Shown: positions 24,223-38,886, numbered from the stretch's first letter. The stretch is DNA of 64,000 bases from Podarcis cretensis (GCA_951804945.1 OX638149.1:70866001-70930000); one strand, 5' to 3'. Notes: generated from the letters alone by a model not told the origin. Numbers and translations are program-made.

Positions 24223-24791
24223 CATAGCTGTCAACTTACAGATTTGAAAATAAGGGACCAGCAGCCAAAATAAGGGACCTGCAGCCTCACCTGTTCCAGG
24301 CACTCCAGTCTTCCTGTCCTCCTGCAGTCTGGTCAAACTCATGCTGGTAGCTTCGAGAACACTGTCCAACCAACTTTGTAACCAGAGGTTCAGCTGAATA
24401 GAATCTGAATCACATGCACCACAAGGCCTATGCAGCCTCAACTTAAGATGGCTCCCCAGCCTGGCTTTGCACTGCAAAGTTTGCAGCAGCACATGCAACA
24501 AAATGGCGACCAGCATTCAAAAAACCCCTCAGCTTGCATTAACTAGCCACACACATGGCATTCAAGCTCCACCCCCCAGTCGTTCTTAGACTTCTTATTG
24601 GGTGAGCAACACAGCCAAGCAACACAGTTGGAGCCTCCCTCCTCCCTGGCCGGCAGGGAGGGAGGGAGAGGAGCTGCTTCCTTTGAAATTTAAGGGATAT
24701 TTAAGGGACATCCATCAATAAGGGACAGCAGCAGGACATGGCGCTGGAATAAGGGACTGTCCCTTCAAATAAGGGACACTTGACAGCTATG
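24223..24791. mobile_element. Non-autonomous hAT-type DNA transposon (569 bp)
   Basis: 12-bp TIR CATAGCTGTCAA, perfect 8-bp TSD TTTCTGAT (24215-24222, 24792-24799), repeated subterminal TAAGGGA(C). Confidence 0.88.
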
Positions 24792-25103
24792 TTTCTGATG
24801 GCATTTACCCTGCCCATATTTCCAAAGCATTTCAAGAGAAGATGGACAGGCTTGCAAACAGTGGGACAATATTATGGAAAATAGTTTGTCATTTTGCCCA
24901 AATGTTGGGTCTGTTCAACATAAATGTGACACTGATTAATCTTAATTGCTTTTCAAACAAAATAGCATAGAAATCTTCTGCCTCATTTTAATGCTTGTAT
25001 TTTCTTCTCTTTGTTATTCATGAGACAAACCAAAATAACACCTTCAACTTATACCATTCCACATAGTGTTGTTTTTTTTTAAATAAATACATACAGTGTG
25101 TTG

Positions 25104-25104
<1 letters not shown>

Positions 25105-25143
<39 letters not shown>

Positions 25144-25249
25144 TTATTTATACCCCACCCGTCCAGCTGGGTTTCCCCAGCCACTCTGGGTGGCTCCCAA
25201 CAGATTAAAAACAGAATAAAATATCCAACATTAAAAACTTCCCTAAACA
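25105..25249 (-). mobile_element. LINE 3' end with (AAT)13 tail
   Basis: Same family as 2932-3078. Confidence 0.7.
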
Positions 25250-25511
25250 TTTAAAAACTTCCCTATTACTATTGTCAAAACTCCTGTATGATTTTCTTTG
25301 ATGTTATACATTTTCTTTTGTCTTTTCTAATTTGTAAGCAATGCATTACAAAAATGATTTAATTAACCATAAAGTTTATATAAATTGCTTCATAAATCAG
25401 TAATACTATTTTATAATAATTTTTCATAATATTTTAGAAACTTTGATTTTATATTTCTTATATTTTATTTTACCTTTTATTTTTAATTCATTGCATCTTT
25501 TTTATACATAG

Positions 25512-25688
<177 letters not shown>

Positions 25689-26148
25689 TAAGGAATGGTC
25701 CCTTTTTGTATGTTTGCTTCTTATAAATACTGTTCTACATTATTAGTTTCAAAAAGGGTTATGCAACGGAGTTATGTTTAAGAAGTTTTAAAATCACGCT
25801 TATAGCATGATTTAGTAAAGGAGATGCTGCAATATATGTGAGAATTCTAATGACAATTGCATAATAATTATAATTATAATATGCAACATTATGATCATTA
25901 AGGTGGGATTTTCTGTATTTCTTGCTCCCAAATCACCTCACCAAATCTTCCTGTCGGTGAGAGAGGGACCTGCATCATGAAAATATGCCTCTGATTATTT
26001 GTGAAATACAAAGATTGAGAACATGCTGCAACAAAAAACCCTTTCATGTACAATATTCATTAGAAGGCATGGGATCACATCTATACTTTGTATATATTCC
26101 ACACATTTCTCTAGTGGCTGTTGGAGAGGAAGTTCCTAGAAGGGATAA

Positions 26149-26433
<285 letters not shown>

Positions 26434-26467
26434 TAAATATTAAGATAGTAAAATAATACAACTTTAG

Positions 26468-26666
26468 TTTCAGATGACAGTGAAATGCACACTAGTGCTA
26501 CTTTGAAAGCATCAGAGAAATCAACTATGGAACAGCTAGTGGAAAGAGCTTGTTTTAGAGATTATCAACGCTTGGGATTGGGAACTATCAGTAATAGCTC
26601 TTCTCGCTCAAAAACAGAGTACTTTCGAATAACGGCCTTGAACAGGATGTATTCTCTTTGCAGAAG
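26468..26666 (+). CDS. SBF2: SBF2 exon, 199 nt ([17 protein letters not shown]...YSLCR)
   Basis: tttag| (alternative cag 6 nt downstream) and |gtgagc. Confidence 0.92.
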
Positions 26667-27224
26667 GTGAGCCAACTTTCTTGTCGTAATTATTAAAACC
26701 ACAACCCATAAAATACATTCCAAATGGCATTGCATTTTGACAAATATTACAAAGCCTTCTTGATGTGAAATATTTTTAATTCTAGAAGGGAAGGGTTGTA
26801 GCTCTTGCTTTGCAATCCCTGGCATTTCCAGGTAGGGCTGGCAAACACTCCTGTCTGAAATCCTGCCAGTCAGTGTACACAATAGTTAGCTAGTTGGAAT
26901 AATAGTCCAACACAGTATTTACTTACTTTACATGCCATGACTTCTCACTATTGGCCTTCAAGGTGCTTTTGGCCAAACTACCCCCCCCCCCATAACAATC
27001 TGGTTCTGAGCCCCAATCTTAGTGATTTGAGGTGGAGCAAACTCCTAATGACTTCATATAGATTCTGATTAGTATTGGGGACAAAATGGTGTACCATGGC
27101 ACTCCAAAGTGTAAATACCAGAAGGCTGAAGAACAGTCACCCTATGCTAATCTCTGGACATGACCTTGTAACAGAGCCACCATAATAAAGTGCCACTATG
27201 CCCATCCACAGAGTTGGTCCAGAA

Positions 27225-27400
27225 GAATACCAGTACAGGCCTGAACCCTGGCCTGAACCCAGAGTGGAATGGATCCAGATAATCAGTCTCATTCAATAAT
27301 GTCTGCAGTTCTGCCACAATCCTCTCAATTATCCTCCTCCCCCACCCCAAGAAATATTTGAAACTGGGTAATAGTTGTTATAATTGATTGGATCCAGTGC
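27225..27400 (-). mobile_element. L2/CR1-group LINE reverse-transcriptase fragment
   Basis: ORF 27147..27350 contains ELQTLLNETDYLDPFHSGFRPG, a typical RT QxGFR region; degenerate. Confidence 0.75.
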
Positions 27401-29594
27401 CTGCTTTTTCAGTAGTGGCTGCACCATCGTCTCCTTTAGGGCGGAAGTCACTTCCTCCATTATGCAACGAAGCATTGAGCGCACCCTTGACCCCCCAATT
27501 CAAGACCCCCAAGCAGAATGTCACCAGTCACAATGGGCAGCGATCCAGAGGACACATAGTTGGATACAGCCCTGCAAGTACCTCACCCATATCATCAGGC
27601 TGCACAAGCTGAAATTGATCCCTCAAACACTGGACACTTCAGCTGGAACTGGAACAGTTATTGTAGCAATTAAATTGCTCTCAAGTTGATTGACTTAATT
27701 GTCAAAATGATGAGCCAGAGGCTCATCCCCACCAATTAGCAAGACCAGATTCTGGATTCTCCTGAAAAAGCTGTGCTGGATGGAAGCAATATGCTTCTGC
27801 ACCTAAGAAAATAGAAATTGTGCCAATCCTGCAGGTAGCTAATAAAAGCATTTGGTTTATCATTTGGTGTTTTCATTGTTGAATATAAAATGCTATTCTG
27901 CTATTTTATTTTATTTATTGCTATTTTGCTCTAGGTGGTTTGCCTGTTGGTATATATAAAAGCTATATAGTTGGTTCACCTTAAAATACATATACACATT
28001 TGTAAGTTTGTATAGAATTGTGGAATATGTTCAAGAGTTGGGGAAGGTTTGGAGGGTGGGGTGTTACTAGTCAGCAAGCCACTATCTTTCTGCAGTTGCC
28101 AGAGTCTACCCAGCCTCTTTGATAGCCTTTTAGAGACCTAGAGTTTCCCATCCACAAGGCTTTAAAGCCCACATGTGCTTTGAGGGGCTAGCAGTGTTCA
28201 TCAGTAACAAAAGTTGAACAGATCTGTTTTTGTTCTTTCAGGTCTCTATAAACAGGCTGTTTATTGAGCATTCATAGATTTTGTTTGCACAAGGTTTGCA
28301 GGGAGGTTCCATGACATCGACTATGCATTGAGCACTCTTTCTGATTTGAATCAAAGAAGGAAAGTTATACGAGGTTGCATCAAATGATTGCTATTCTACA
28401 AATTATAGTGCATTTTCCCTTCACTTTTCTTAGAAGTGTGTGTGGGGGGGTGTCAAATGAATTTTGCAGTCAGCCCTGGGAATTTATTTTTTCAGAAACA
28501 TAAGAGCTTCACTTTCCTTAATGTCATACAGGACCATACTGTGCATTTCTCAAAACCAGGAAATATTCATATAGATTAGAAATGTAATTTTTAATCATCT
28601 TAACTTTTATGTAAATGACTTTAGACACGTGTTCAAATTCACCTTATTTAAAAACATCCGGAGTCCCTGGAATCTTTTCTCTTTCGGCCAGGGTTGGAGT
28701 AGAATCTGAAGCAGCTGCGTTTCTTTGTTAACTTGCTCTATTTTTTAAATAAATTATATAACTAGCAGTTTGCTTACTATCATTTCAGAGCTGTTTAAAT
28801 GGATTTTGATGCAAGCCAGAGTTGGTTCCTTGTCAGAGCCAAAGTACTGGCAGTGTTTAGTGTGTTAAATTAGAGCATCTAAACATTCTTGCTCATAAAA
28901 AGTAAGTGCCTGTAAACAATCAGTCTAGGACAAGTATGAAATGTACCATGCTGTTTCTTTCTGTGTTGCTGTAGTGATCCCCTTACTGCTTTCAAAGGAA
29001 CTATTTAATAACACTTAATCTTAAAATGTAATATAATAACATGTTAAGGATCGTGCTGTGAATAATTTATGTTGTTGGAAAGTATCCGCAGGCTTCCTCA
29101 TTTTCACTTGCCATGGCAAGTGTGCCACCTTCCTCTGGTAAACATGATGAATCATAAAAGCCTTCTTTCTGGCAGTTGTGCTGTAATCTCTGCCCTCTCG
29201 CCCAGCTCTTAAGATTGAGAAGAAGGCTGTGGGCTGTTTGGCAGCTGCTGCTTGACTAAGGCACCCAAATACAAACCATCAAGCCCTCCAAAAGTTGGAA
29301 GGGTGTCTTTCTTGGCTCTGGCTAGCCAGAGATGCTCAGGGTGATAGCATCAAAGCTTGCAGGAGAAGAGGGAGAGGGGAAAACAGAAACCTGGCAACCC
29401 CTGTGTTTGGCTTTACTATCAAGCCTCATCAAAAACCATATCAACTGTTTGTATCCATCAATGATAAAATGATCAAGGAAGAAAATAATAAGTAAACCAC
29501 TTCATGTGCTGGGATAAATTATTAGTTATTTGAATTAATTTGTGTACAGTACAATTGCATATTGCGCAAGGTTCAGTTCCAAGAGTTCCTTGTA

Positions 29595-29834
29595 CAGTGG
29601 TACCTCAGATTACATACGCTTCAGGTTACATACGCTTCAGGCTACAGACTCAGCTAACCCAGAAATAGTACCTCGGGTTAAGAACTTTGCTTCAGGATGA
29701 GAACAGAAATCGTGCTCCGGTGGTGCGGCAGCAGTGGGAGGCCCCGTTAGCTAAAGTGGTGCTTCAGGTTAAGAACAGTTTCAGGTTAAGAACGGACCTC
29801 TGGAACGAATTAAGTATGTAACCAGAGGTACCAC
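29595..29834. mobile_element. Tc1/mariner (Tigger-like) MITE
   Basis: TA-CAGTGGTACCTCAGATTACATAC...GTATGTAACCAGAGGTACCAC, right TIR lacking its last 2 nt; internal ttcaggtta repeats. Confidence 0.8.
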
Positions 29835-31056
29835 ATGAAAATCATGTATACCCAAACCCTTGGCTCCACCCAATGGCTAACAGGTGAGAGGTAGAGAGAA
29901 TCCCCCATACTCCCAGAGCCTGTGTGCCATGCAGGCCTTGCCCAGCAAGCAAAGTGGAGAGCTTAAAAGCTCTTTTCACACTGGGTAACCCAAAACTGCT
30001 CAGTGCACAAACTTAGAGGCTAGGGATGGTTGTGCAAGAACTCTGATGACCCCACAATATTGGGTTATCCAGTGCATAACGTGCTCTCTGTCTTGTTTGA
30101 GGTGCAGTGTCTGCTCAGTGCACCATCTCTGGGATGCTCATGTGAGACTTCACAGGATGGCAGATGGCAGACCTGGTGCAAGAAGAGCTTTTAAACTCTC
30201 CACCTTGCTTGGATTTAACTTGAAGTTTCAACTAGCCTGCTTCCATCTGTGTATAGTTGAAATCACGCAAGTTAAATCTATGTAAGATGTGATCATACTG
30301 CACTTTAAATGTGAGCTGTAAATACAAAAATAAATTAATATAGAACTTGATAAATTCTGATGTTATCATTTCTATTCAATATGCCAATTTTTACAGTTCA
30401 GCTCCATAGGGACCTACCTCATTGTAAAATAATAAAAGCAACACTCTAATTCAAACAAAAAAAGCATAAAACCAGGAAGAGTCAATATAAAAAAGGGAGT
30501 TAAAACAACTCAAAAGCCTCATAGGACAGAAATGTTTTAATTCCTTTTAAAAAGGATCCCTCACAGGAGGGAATACCACAACTGGGAAGGAAGGCATTAC
30601 TATTTATAGGTGAAGGTTTTGCCTCTGTTAGTGACGGGGCAGGCAAAAGAGACCTTTTTATGCTGAGAAACAAAATAATGTGTCATAAACATTTCAAAAA
30701 TAATGTTCTTTAATTATATCCCTAAATGACGTAGCAAAGAAAGTTATTCATTTTGACAATGCGATCAATAAAATTATAAAGGGTAGTTGGATGCTTTGCT
30801 TTAATCTTGTTATTCCCCTCTTCTTCTGGATCATTGGAGATGACTCAAGTGGGTAGAACTGGAGCTAGATTTATAAATGCAAACTTGGCTAACATGATTG
30901 GTGGGTTTTGAATTCACACAGTATCTGATTAACTGAAACATTTGGAATAAGTAAGAAGTGTTCCTCAATCACATCTGTTTTCCTTGTAGCCTGGTACTAC
31001 AACTTGGCTTATCTGAACCATCTAATTCTCTCTCCTCCCCCTTCTTATTGATTTAG

Positions 31057-31253
31057 CTATCCAGGGCTACTAGTGGTACCTCAGTGTGTGCAGGACAGCA
31101 GCCTGCAGAGAGTAGCTCGCTGTTACAGACACAATCGCTTGCCAGTGGTCTGTTGGAAAAACTCAAAAACCAGCACACTTCTGCTTCGAGCTGGTGGCTT
31201 TCATGGCAAAGGAGTTGTTGGCCTTTTCAAATCTCAAAATACACAAACATCAG
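31057..31253 (+). CDS. SBF2: SBF2 exon, 197 nt ([13 protein letters not shown]...KSQNTQTS), myotubularin domain
   Basis: tttag| and |gtgagt; ORF 31073..31345. Confidence 0.95.
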
Positions 31254-33275
31254 GTGAGTGCATGTTTCACTCCCAGGGTATTTTGTGGGAAAGAAGTGTC
31301 TTCAATATAAGTTTACGCAGTCTGCTTTTTATTATGTTTTTCTAGTTTTTGTCTTCCCAAAATAATGCTCCATGGTATCATAGTGGGTGCCAGCCATGGA
31401 ATTTAACATTTAGGGCAGTATTCAACTCCTTTGGGTCATCAGTGAAGATTTCCACTTGTGCAACAAGGCTTCCTTCCCCAATGTACACCCCATGCTTTGT
31501 CCAGATCTGCTCTAGAAGGTGGGACAACTTCTGGAAAGATTTATGAGCCACACTGTGAAAGTGTGGAGTCCCATCATACATGTGTAAAAACAAGAGACTT
31601 ACATTGGACACAAACCATTATAAATACAGGGCCATCTCTTGTATTTCTCCCCTTCTCTCTGAAACATTGCAAATATTTGCATTGGGGCTGATAATTGAAA
31701 TAAAAATACTTAGGAGCATAATGGAATGAATGATGGGTTGAATTGCTTATGCCTTCTTGTGAACTTCCTTCTGAAGTGTCTTAGAGAAACCACCATCAGG
31801 AAGTGGATACTAGAGGTCATAGACATTTACTAAAATGTTCATCAAACAAGAGAATAACATGGAAGTTCAGTCCTACAGCAGTCTTATTTATGATGGCCTG
31901 TACCATGTTGTCATGGAATTATGTGGATACCAGTGCCCCCCCCCCAGTGCCCTTTAGATATATTGGACTCCAGCTCCCATCAGCCGCCGGTGCTCAAGAA
32001 TAATTGTGGCTGTAATCTAAAGCACCAAAAGAGCTCTAGGTTGGGGAAGGCTGCTCTGCAGTATCACTCCAGTAAGCAGCATACAGAATGCTTCTCATTC
32101 ACTAGAATCTGAGGGGTGGAGGCATGCTGCAGCCTCATCTGGCATTCCCCTGGGGTACAAAATTCCTGTTCTGCCTTTGTGAGGCACAGAGCCAACATGG
32201 AGATGAACCTCAGAGTTCATCTAATTTGGAAAGGAGGGAAAGGGCTTATTCCTGAGATAAACATTGGTGTTGCTGGCCTGCCTGAACAACTTGCCCTATG
32301 GAATTTCTAAAGAGGACAGTGGATAGAATAATTCATAGTTATGCACAAGTTACATAAGCGGTGAATCATTCAAGAGTTCATGATGAGGATAGATGTTCAT
32401 GGCTTAAATACTTCAGCATAATCCTATGAATGGCATACTACTTTGTGTGAGTTTGTAAGTAACATACATACACACAATAAATGAATTTTCCACAGTGGCT
32501 CAGCAAATAATCTACAAAGCATAGCTGTGCAAGTTTGTGTGGGTGTGTGCTGGTATCTACTTTCAGTATTTTAAAATACTAGATTACATTACTCCTTAAG
32601 CTTAACTACAAGAGTTAAGCAATTTGCAAAAATAAAACATAGCAGCAGAGGTAGAACTTTGGCTTTACCCCAATAGAAAACCACCGTACTAAAATCACAT
32701 CATGTGTAATCCAAAGTTTGGTGGTTACATAAACAGAATTATGCATAAATAGAGACTACCCCCTTCTCTACACTATTTGGGGTGGGCCTCAATGAGTGGG
32801 CTTGTGGGAGGGCAGGAGAAGGGGGGAAACAGGGAAAGAGGCAAAGTTTTAAAATGGGAGAATAGGAATGGGGAAGGAAACAAGTGTAAAAGTGGCCTGG
32901 GGTAAAAGGGGTCTGCCTCTAAGAACAAAACTAGTTGTAGAAAAATAAAATGGGTGAGAGCCTCATATGAGGATAACAGTAAAAAGAAGGGTATTTTCAT
33001 GAAGCAAACATGTTCCTCTCTTCAGAAATCTAAGTTCCAGCCACCAGACTCAGTCTTTGCCTGTATTTTTTGCAACCCTATTAATGAGCTATACCCAGGA
33101 AGTATTTTGGGAGTAGCCTTCAGCATAGCAAAAGTGGCATTCATCATTGGCATGTTATCCTTATTAATGTGAGCAGACATGTTTTTATACGTGAAAAAGG
33201 AAGAAATTGCCTCCATAGCCATAAAGGAAACTATATATGGGGGCATGTTAAGTAAACGTCCATAATGAGCTTTTT

Positions 33276-33530
33276 AAAGGTAAAGGGACCCCTGACCATT
33301 AGGTCCAGTCGTGGCCAACTCTGGGGTTGCGGCGCTCATCTCGCTTTATTGGCCGAGGGAGCCAGCGTACAGCTTCTGGGTCATGTGGCCAGCATGACTA
33401 AGCCGCTTCTGGAGAACCAAAGCAGCGCACGGAAACGCCGTTTACCTTCTATTTATCTACTTGCCCTTTGACGTGCTTTCAAACTGCTAGGTTGGCAGGA
33501 GCAGGGACTGAGTAATGGGAGCTCACCCCA
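33276..33530 (-). mobile_element. 5'-truncated Sauria SINE
   Basis: aaaggtaaagggacccctg tail and body homologous to the 9803 and 63537 copies. Confidence 0.88.
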
Positions 33531-33985
33531 TCTTAGAGACAGCAAAAAACCAACAAGAAACAAAGCAGCTGCAGACTCCTCTCCAGGAACAGGCACATTT
33601 ATGTGGTCCTGGTAAGCCATAGTTTGGCATGTAAACAGGCTTGTTTTAATGGGAGAGTGATGGTATCCTGATATTTTGAAATCAAAATTATTGCCACTGG
33701 AATTTATTCTTTATATATTATACTTGTGATCACAGAAGGGTAATTTGTACTTCCCACTAATACTTGGAGGTAGGTTGGTGATCAATAGTTTAATCAAATT
33801 TTATTTGTTGGGTTTTATTTTTAATACCAGAATATATTTACCATTTTCTCAACATTCTTTATCATGTCTGGATCTTATTCAGCTATCTAAATAAGAGCAT
33901 ACACTGGGCAATGCTTTCACTTCAATGACATGAAATATGCTGTATAAAGGATCAATATAATTTATTCCCTTCTTTGTTTGCATAG

Positions 33986-34120
33986 CTCCTACATCACTAG
34001 AATCATCAAACAGCATAGAACAAGAAAAATACCTTCAAGCCTTACTGAATGCAATTTCTGTCCATTGTAAAATGAATGGCAATACTCTCACTGTCAGGCC
34101 AACAATTGCTTTGTCTCCAG
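33986..34120 (+). CDS. SBF2: SBF2 exon, 135 nt ([20 protein letters not shown]...ALSP)
   Basis: catag| and |gtaatg; phase 1/1. Confidence 0.94.
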
Positions 34121-35005
34121 GTAATGTTATGGTTTTATATAGCTATGCTAAATGTAAGACCAGTCTGACTGTGTTATTATTTATTTTGTTTTGTTTCCTA
34201 GTTTTATCTCTGTATTCTCTCAGTGTGCCGTTGTCTGAATGGTTCACTGTCCACATAGATGACCTATCTGGTTTTTGCATATAATTTTTTTGTGTTTTCT
34301 GCATATAAAATTTTCAGGGTAAATTCAAAAGTAAAATGACTTGACTTAAGCAGAATTGTTAATGAAATTCTATTCCATATAGCTGGAAAAAATGTACAGT
34401 GCTTATATCAAAGTATTAGAAATTTATGCTGAAGAAATTGATTACTTTTCGTTCTCTAACAAACATAGGAATAGGGGGTTTTTTAAGCAAAGAGACTAAA
34501 ATGTAATAAGCTTTTTGTAGATAGGTCTTGATGAAGTCATTAAGAAATGCATTAATATTCTATTTCAGTTGTCATGTGATGAAACCTGATAGGGTTCATG
34601 CAAAGGTAAAAGCTGCTGTCTTAGACACAGGAGCATGCAACTTGCCAAGTATGTCCATTTGGCTTAATCAGTTGGTGAAATCAAGTGTATCTAAATTCTG
34701 GCTTTTCTCATAACATAACACCATCACCAAATTGTGCATGCCTTGCTTCATTTGTTGTTAAATACTTTGATTGTGTTAGCCATGCCTAACCTTCTGTGAT
34801 GCTGCAAATGTATACTTTTTAATTATGTGTAATGTCTCTTAAATGTTGTAAACTAGCAACAATTAGATATATAAGTCATAAAAAGAACATTTCTGTGTAA
34901 TTTTTTAAAATACCTCTTGGGCCTCAGGTCAGGATAACAAATAGGTAATGTCATCTTGCATGATACTGTACTTTTAATCTCTCCATTCTTTTTGACTGAC
35001 TTTAG

Positions 35006-35101
35006 GCACTGAAAGGAGGGCTTCAAGAATGTCCACTGTGTTTAAGCAGGTAGTGCCAGGACAGTTGGATGTAAATCTATCCAATAGCTTTGCCCGAGGA
35101 G
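35006..35101 (+). CDS. SBF2: SBF2 cassette exon, 96 nt (GTERRASRMSTVFKQVVPGQLDVNLSNSFARG)
   Basis: ctgac branch motif, tttag| and |gttagt; symmetric phase 1/1, open frame; resembles a recalled 32-aa mammalian SBF2 isoform insert. Confidence 0.85.
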
Positions 35102-35751
35102 GTTAGTAAGACTAGTTCAAAGCCTACACGGGGATGTAATATGAAAATAATGGTAACATTTGAGGAATTGCTATTGCGTTATCCTTCTGTTTCTCAGTAT
35201 AAACCAAATACTACCAACTAGTCTACCAAACTCCACCTGATCCACTTTTGAGAACAGGCTTACCCTTGCTGAAATAGAAACTGTACATGCAAATGGATAT
35301 GCATGTGGTTCTTGTGATTGGATTCCTGCAGCCAGCACCCAAGAGCTGTGCATGCAAATTCTGTTCACTAGACTGGGGCTATGCTCTTTAGCAGATGATG
35401 GGTGCCACCAATCCTATCTTGTGAGTGGAAAATTAACTGAGCCCATGCAGTCATTTACACACACACAACCTATCACAAAGGAGGAAGCGGCAACTGTTTA
35501 ACAAGCTGCTATGGCCATGCAAATATGTGCACACACACTTCTACAATATGTGGATATCTCCAGGCCAGTGTTTCCACTTCAGATAATAGTTGTAAATACT
35601 ACTGGGCTTCAGGCAGTTGTAGCTTCTAATTGTTCCATAAGGTAGCTCAAAGGTGAATTGTGAAGAGTATTGCTTTATTTCAGTTACTTGTATCACAAAA
35701 ATAATGTATGAACAAACTTGTAATGATGAAGTAAAAATTACTTTTCCACTA

Positions 35752-35752
<1 letters not shown>

Positions 35753-35786
<34 letters not shown>
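35753..35786. repeat. (ATT)n microsatellite
   Basis: Direct reading. Confidence 0.9.
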
Positions 35787-35787
<1 letters not shown>

Positions 35788-38700
35788 CCAATAATTATTA
35801 AACATCAATAATTATCTTCATTTGCAACCTATATTGATCACTTTGAATTGTATCACAGCCAGTCCAGATTCTCACTTAACTGAGGCTGTGCAGTCAGCAG
35901 AGTGTTTAAGTGTAAACATTCCTTTGCATAAAGTGGCGCATGCAGAAGCCGAAGGAGTATGCTTGTCAGTCTTGAACGTGGTGATATAGAATAACCAGAA
36001 TTGGAGTTTTAAGTACTGGGAAGAGTGACACTTTAAATCTGAAGTTAAATATATCTGCACAGGTGTCATTGGAAAATCATGTTCTAGCAACTAATAGATT
36101 TAGCAACTAATAGAAATTATGATTTAAAATGTAATACACCCTTAGCAATGAAGTGAGAGTAGAATTTGTAATGCTTTGTATTACTGGTTATATACTGTGG
36201 AAAAGTAAGGAAGGTGTTGAATTGTGAAGACAGTAGTCTGTCTAATGGCTCACTTCATTGCCCAATTACTCCAAAGTTCTTGAATTTAAGGCAGGTTTAT
36301 CTGTTGACTACAATATGACTAATGTTCTGGACTGAAAAATGACAGTACCAATTGAACTGCATTAAATTGAGAAAGCAAGGTGGGATTGTGCACAAGTACA
36401 TGGGTGTGTTTTACACTGGTCATTAGCAAGGCCTATTAGTGTATCACTTGAGTTTATGAAACAGTTTGTATGTTACACTAAATCATGGCTTAGCAATAAG
36501 TGGACCTTCAGAAGTCTAAGCAAGCCATCAGGCTCTCATGCTGCCAGGAGCATTTCAAAGAATCTGTACTTAAGTGTTATATGTTAACTAGGAACCTTTA
36601 AAGCCTAGTTGCTAAACAAGCGAACTTAATAGTGCATCATTGAATTTTGCTTGTCTAGCAATTAACTACTGTTTGTTTTAAACTAGGATTCCTAGATCAC
36701 TCACCTACCTATTTTGAAACTGAAATCTTTGGAGGAGGAAAGATGAGGAGAGCACATGAGCCCAACATTTTGCTCAGTTTTCTGTGGCATATCTGTGGTT
36801 AACCATGGTTTAGAGCTGCATGCTAGCTACTTTAGCACGGAGGGCGTATAATATAGAAGGGTTCTTGTACTGTGCCTACAGAGAAAGAATCTATGAATAA
36901 AATACCACAATTCTTTTGGAAGCTAGTCAGTGGCAACACTCTAAACCTGAAAGCCTCTGTCTAGGAGTAATTGTCAGTCACAGAGATCTTCCAGCATTGC
37001 CGTCATATAACTTGGGAACCAGATCATATGTAACAGTGGCAGGAAATGAACATGGTGGGAAGAATAATAACTCACCCCTGTTATGGGGAGCATAACTCAG
37101 TCGGTAGAGCATAATCTATGATTCCTCTCCTGTCATGCTGCCATTATTCACTCCCAAAGTCCTGTAGGGAATTACTTTACCACTGAATTAGGAAGTGAGT
37201 AAATAAGAATGCACTATGGCAGTACACTTGAACACAGTCTGGGATCCCCCTCATAATATCACAACTTGTGGTTTCCCATATCTTCCATTCCAGAGTGTCC
37301 ATGCAGACAGTGAATACTTCATTTCTGACTGTTTCATTCAGAAGTACTGTATGTGTACATTTCATGACTGTTCTGTGTCACATTCTATATAAACAAAAAA
37401 CTTAATTTACTGTAACTTTGGGGGGGGGGGGGAAATAGCAGCCAGGGAAGCAAATTTTTCAATGTTCACTATTATCAGGTTAAGTTGTGCAGGTTAATTA
37501 AATATACTGACATTTTTGACATTGACCAATATGAGTTCTAATTTATTATAATCCAACAATTCAGCATCAGCAGAAGTGATGACAACTATTTTTAACTTTA
37601 CAGTGAAGCTTATTCTTTTACAAGTATTCTGTCCTGATTTTAAAAAGAAAGTCTGCAACCAAAAAAATTAGAAGCTCCATATAGAAGCCCCCGTCTAGAT
37701 TTAGTCTCTTTGGCAATCATTGCCTTATATTTACTTATTTTTACCCTTATCTCCATAATTACAGTTACTAGAATTATTATTTTTTCAAATAAAAGCAAGA
37801 ATTCTCTAAATGTGGATGTACTGGCAAGCATACTAGATTCCATTGTTTATGGTATCTGTCAGAAATGTGACCAAATAGTTTCATTTTGCAGGAGTACGAA
37901 CATATTACTTGAAGTAGAGGCTTCTGCTTCTAATTCCCCTTTTTATTTGGCTCAAGTATGGTATGGTACTTAATCAGGTATCTGAAACAATGTTTGGCAT
38001 CCAGTTTATCCTCCAGCCATCTAGATATTAAGTGGTAATGTTAGTGAAATAGAATGTTTCCACAGGAATAATGGTCCCCTGCTGCTCTCAAATACTTTGA
38101 TGTCTCTGTAGAAAAATTTGGAATCTAAGCAAGAAAAGAAAAGTTTGTAAAACAAAGCAGGAGTCATTGTTACTGTGGTTTTCTATTTAAAACTACATTT
38201 TCATTATACCAAATGGCCTAAGTAACTTAATCCCATGGGAGGACTAGGTCGTCTTCTTCCTCCCACACAATGCATGAGTGCTGCTGGACAGAACTGCCCA
38301 AGAACAAAATAATGCATGCTATTAATGTGACTGTAAATAACCACATGCTTTGCATGGTGCTTTAGGAATGTAGATCTGTTTAGGTAGGGTTATGTGGACG
38401 TCTGCCCTGCATTTAGATTAATTTTACGCTTCTGGCAATCAAAGTGGGCAATAGAGATAAGTTGTGCTAAAAAATTTTTAACTGAAAAATCTCACACATT
38501 TTTAAAATGTTTTTCACAATGGACAAGTTTCCATTTGGTATAATACAATGGCACATCATTTTGGCTGTTTTGCATGTCTGCAATTAATTGCAGTGGCCAT
38601 AAACATTCTGTTTGGTAAATGATTTAATATAGAATTTCCCCCCTCCTATTCTTTTCCCCAAATTATCTTAGCTTGATTTGATTTGCTTTTTTCCCCCTTT

Positions 38701-38886
38701 TTGGCGATTCCTTGGCGCTAGCCATTAAAATCAAATATAATTAGCAGTTGTTTTATTTTAATCAAGTAAATAGAAATGTACAAGTAACCTTTTTCTTCTT
38801 TCCTGTTCAATTTGCTGTGACTGTCTCATTGCAATGTGCATTCCATTGCTCCTCCTTTTCCTCCTGTCCTTACTGCTATCTGCCAG

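Noticed and set aside
38700-38765. Acceptor-like site (gcgctag) upstream of the 63-nt exon
   Set aside because: In-frame TAG after a few codons and only a weak donor; cannot be supported without RNA data
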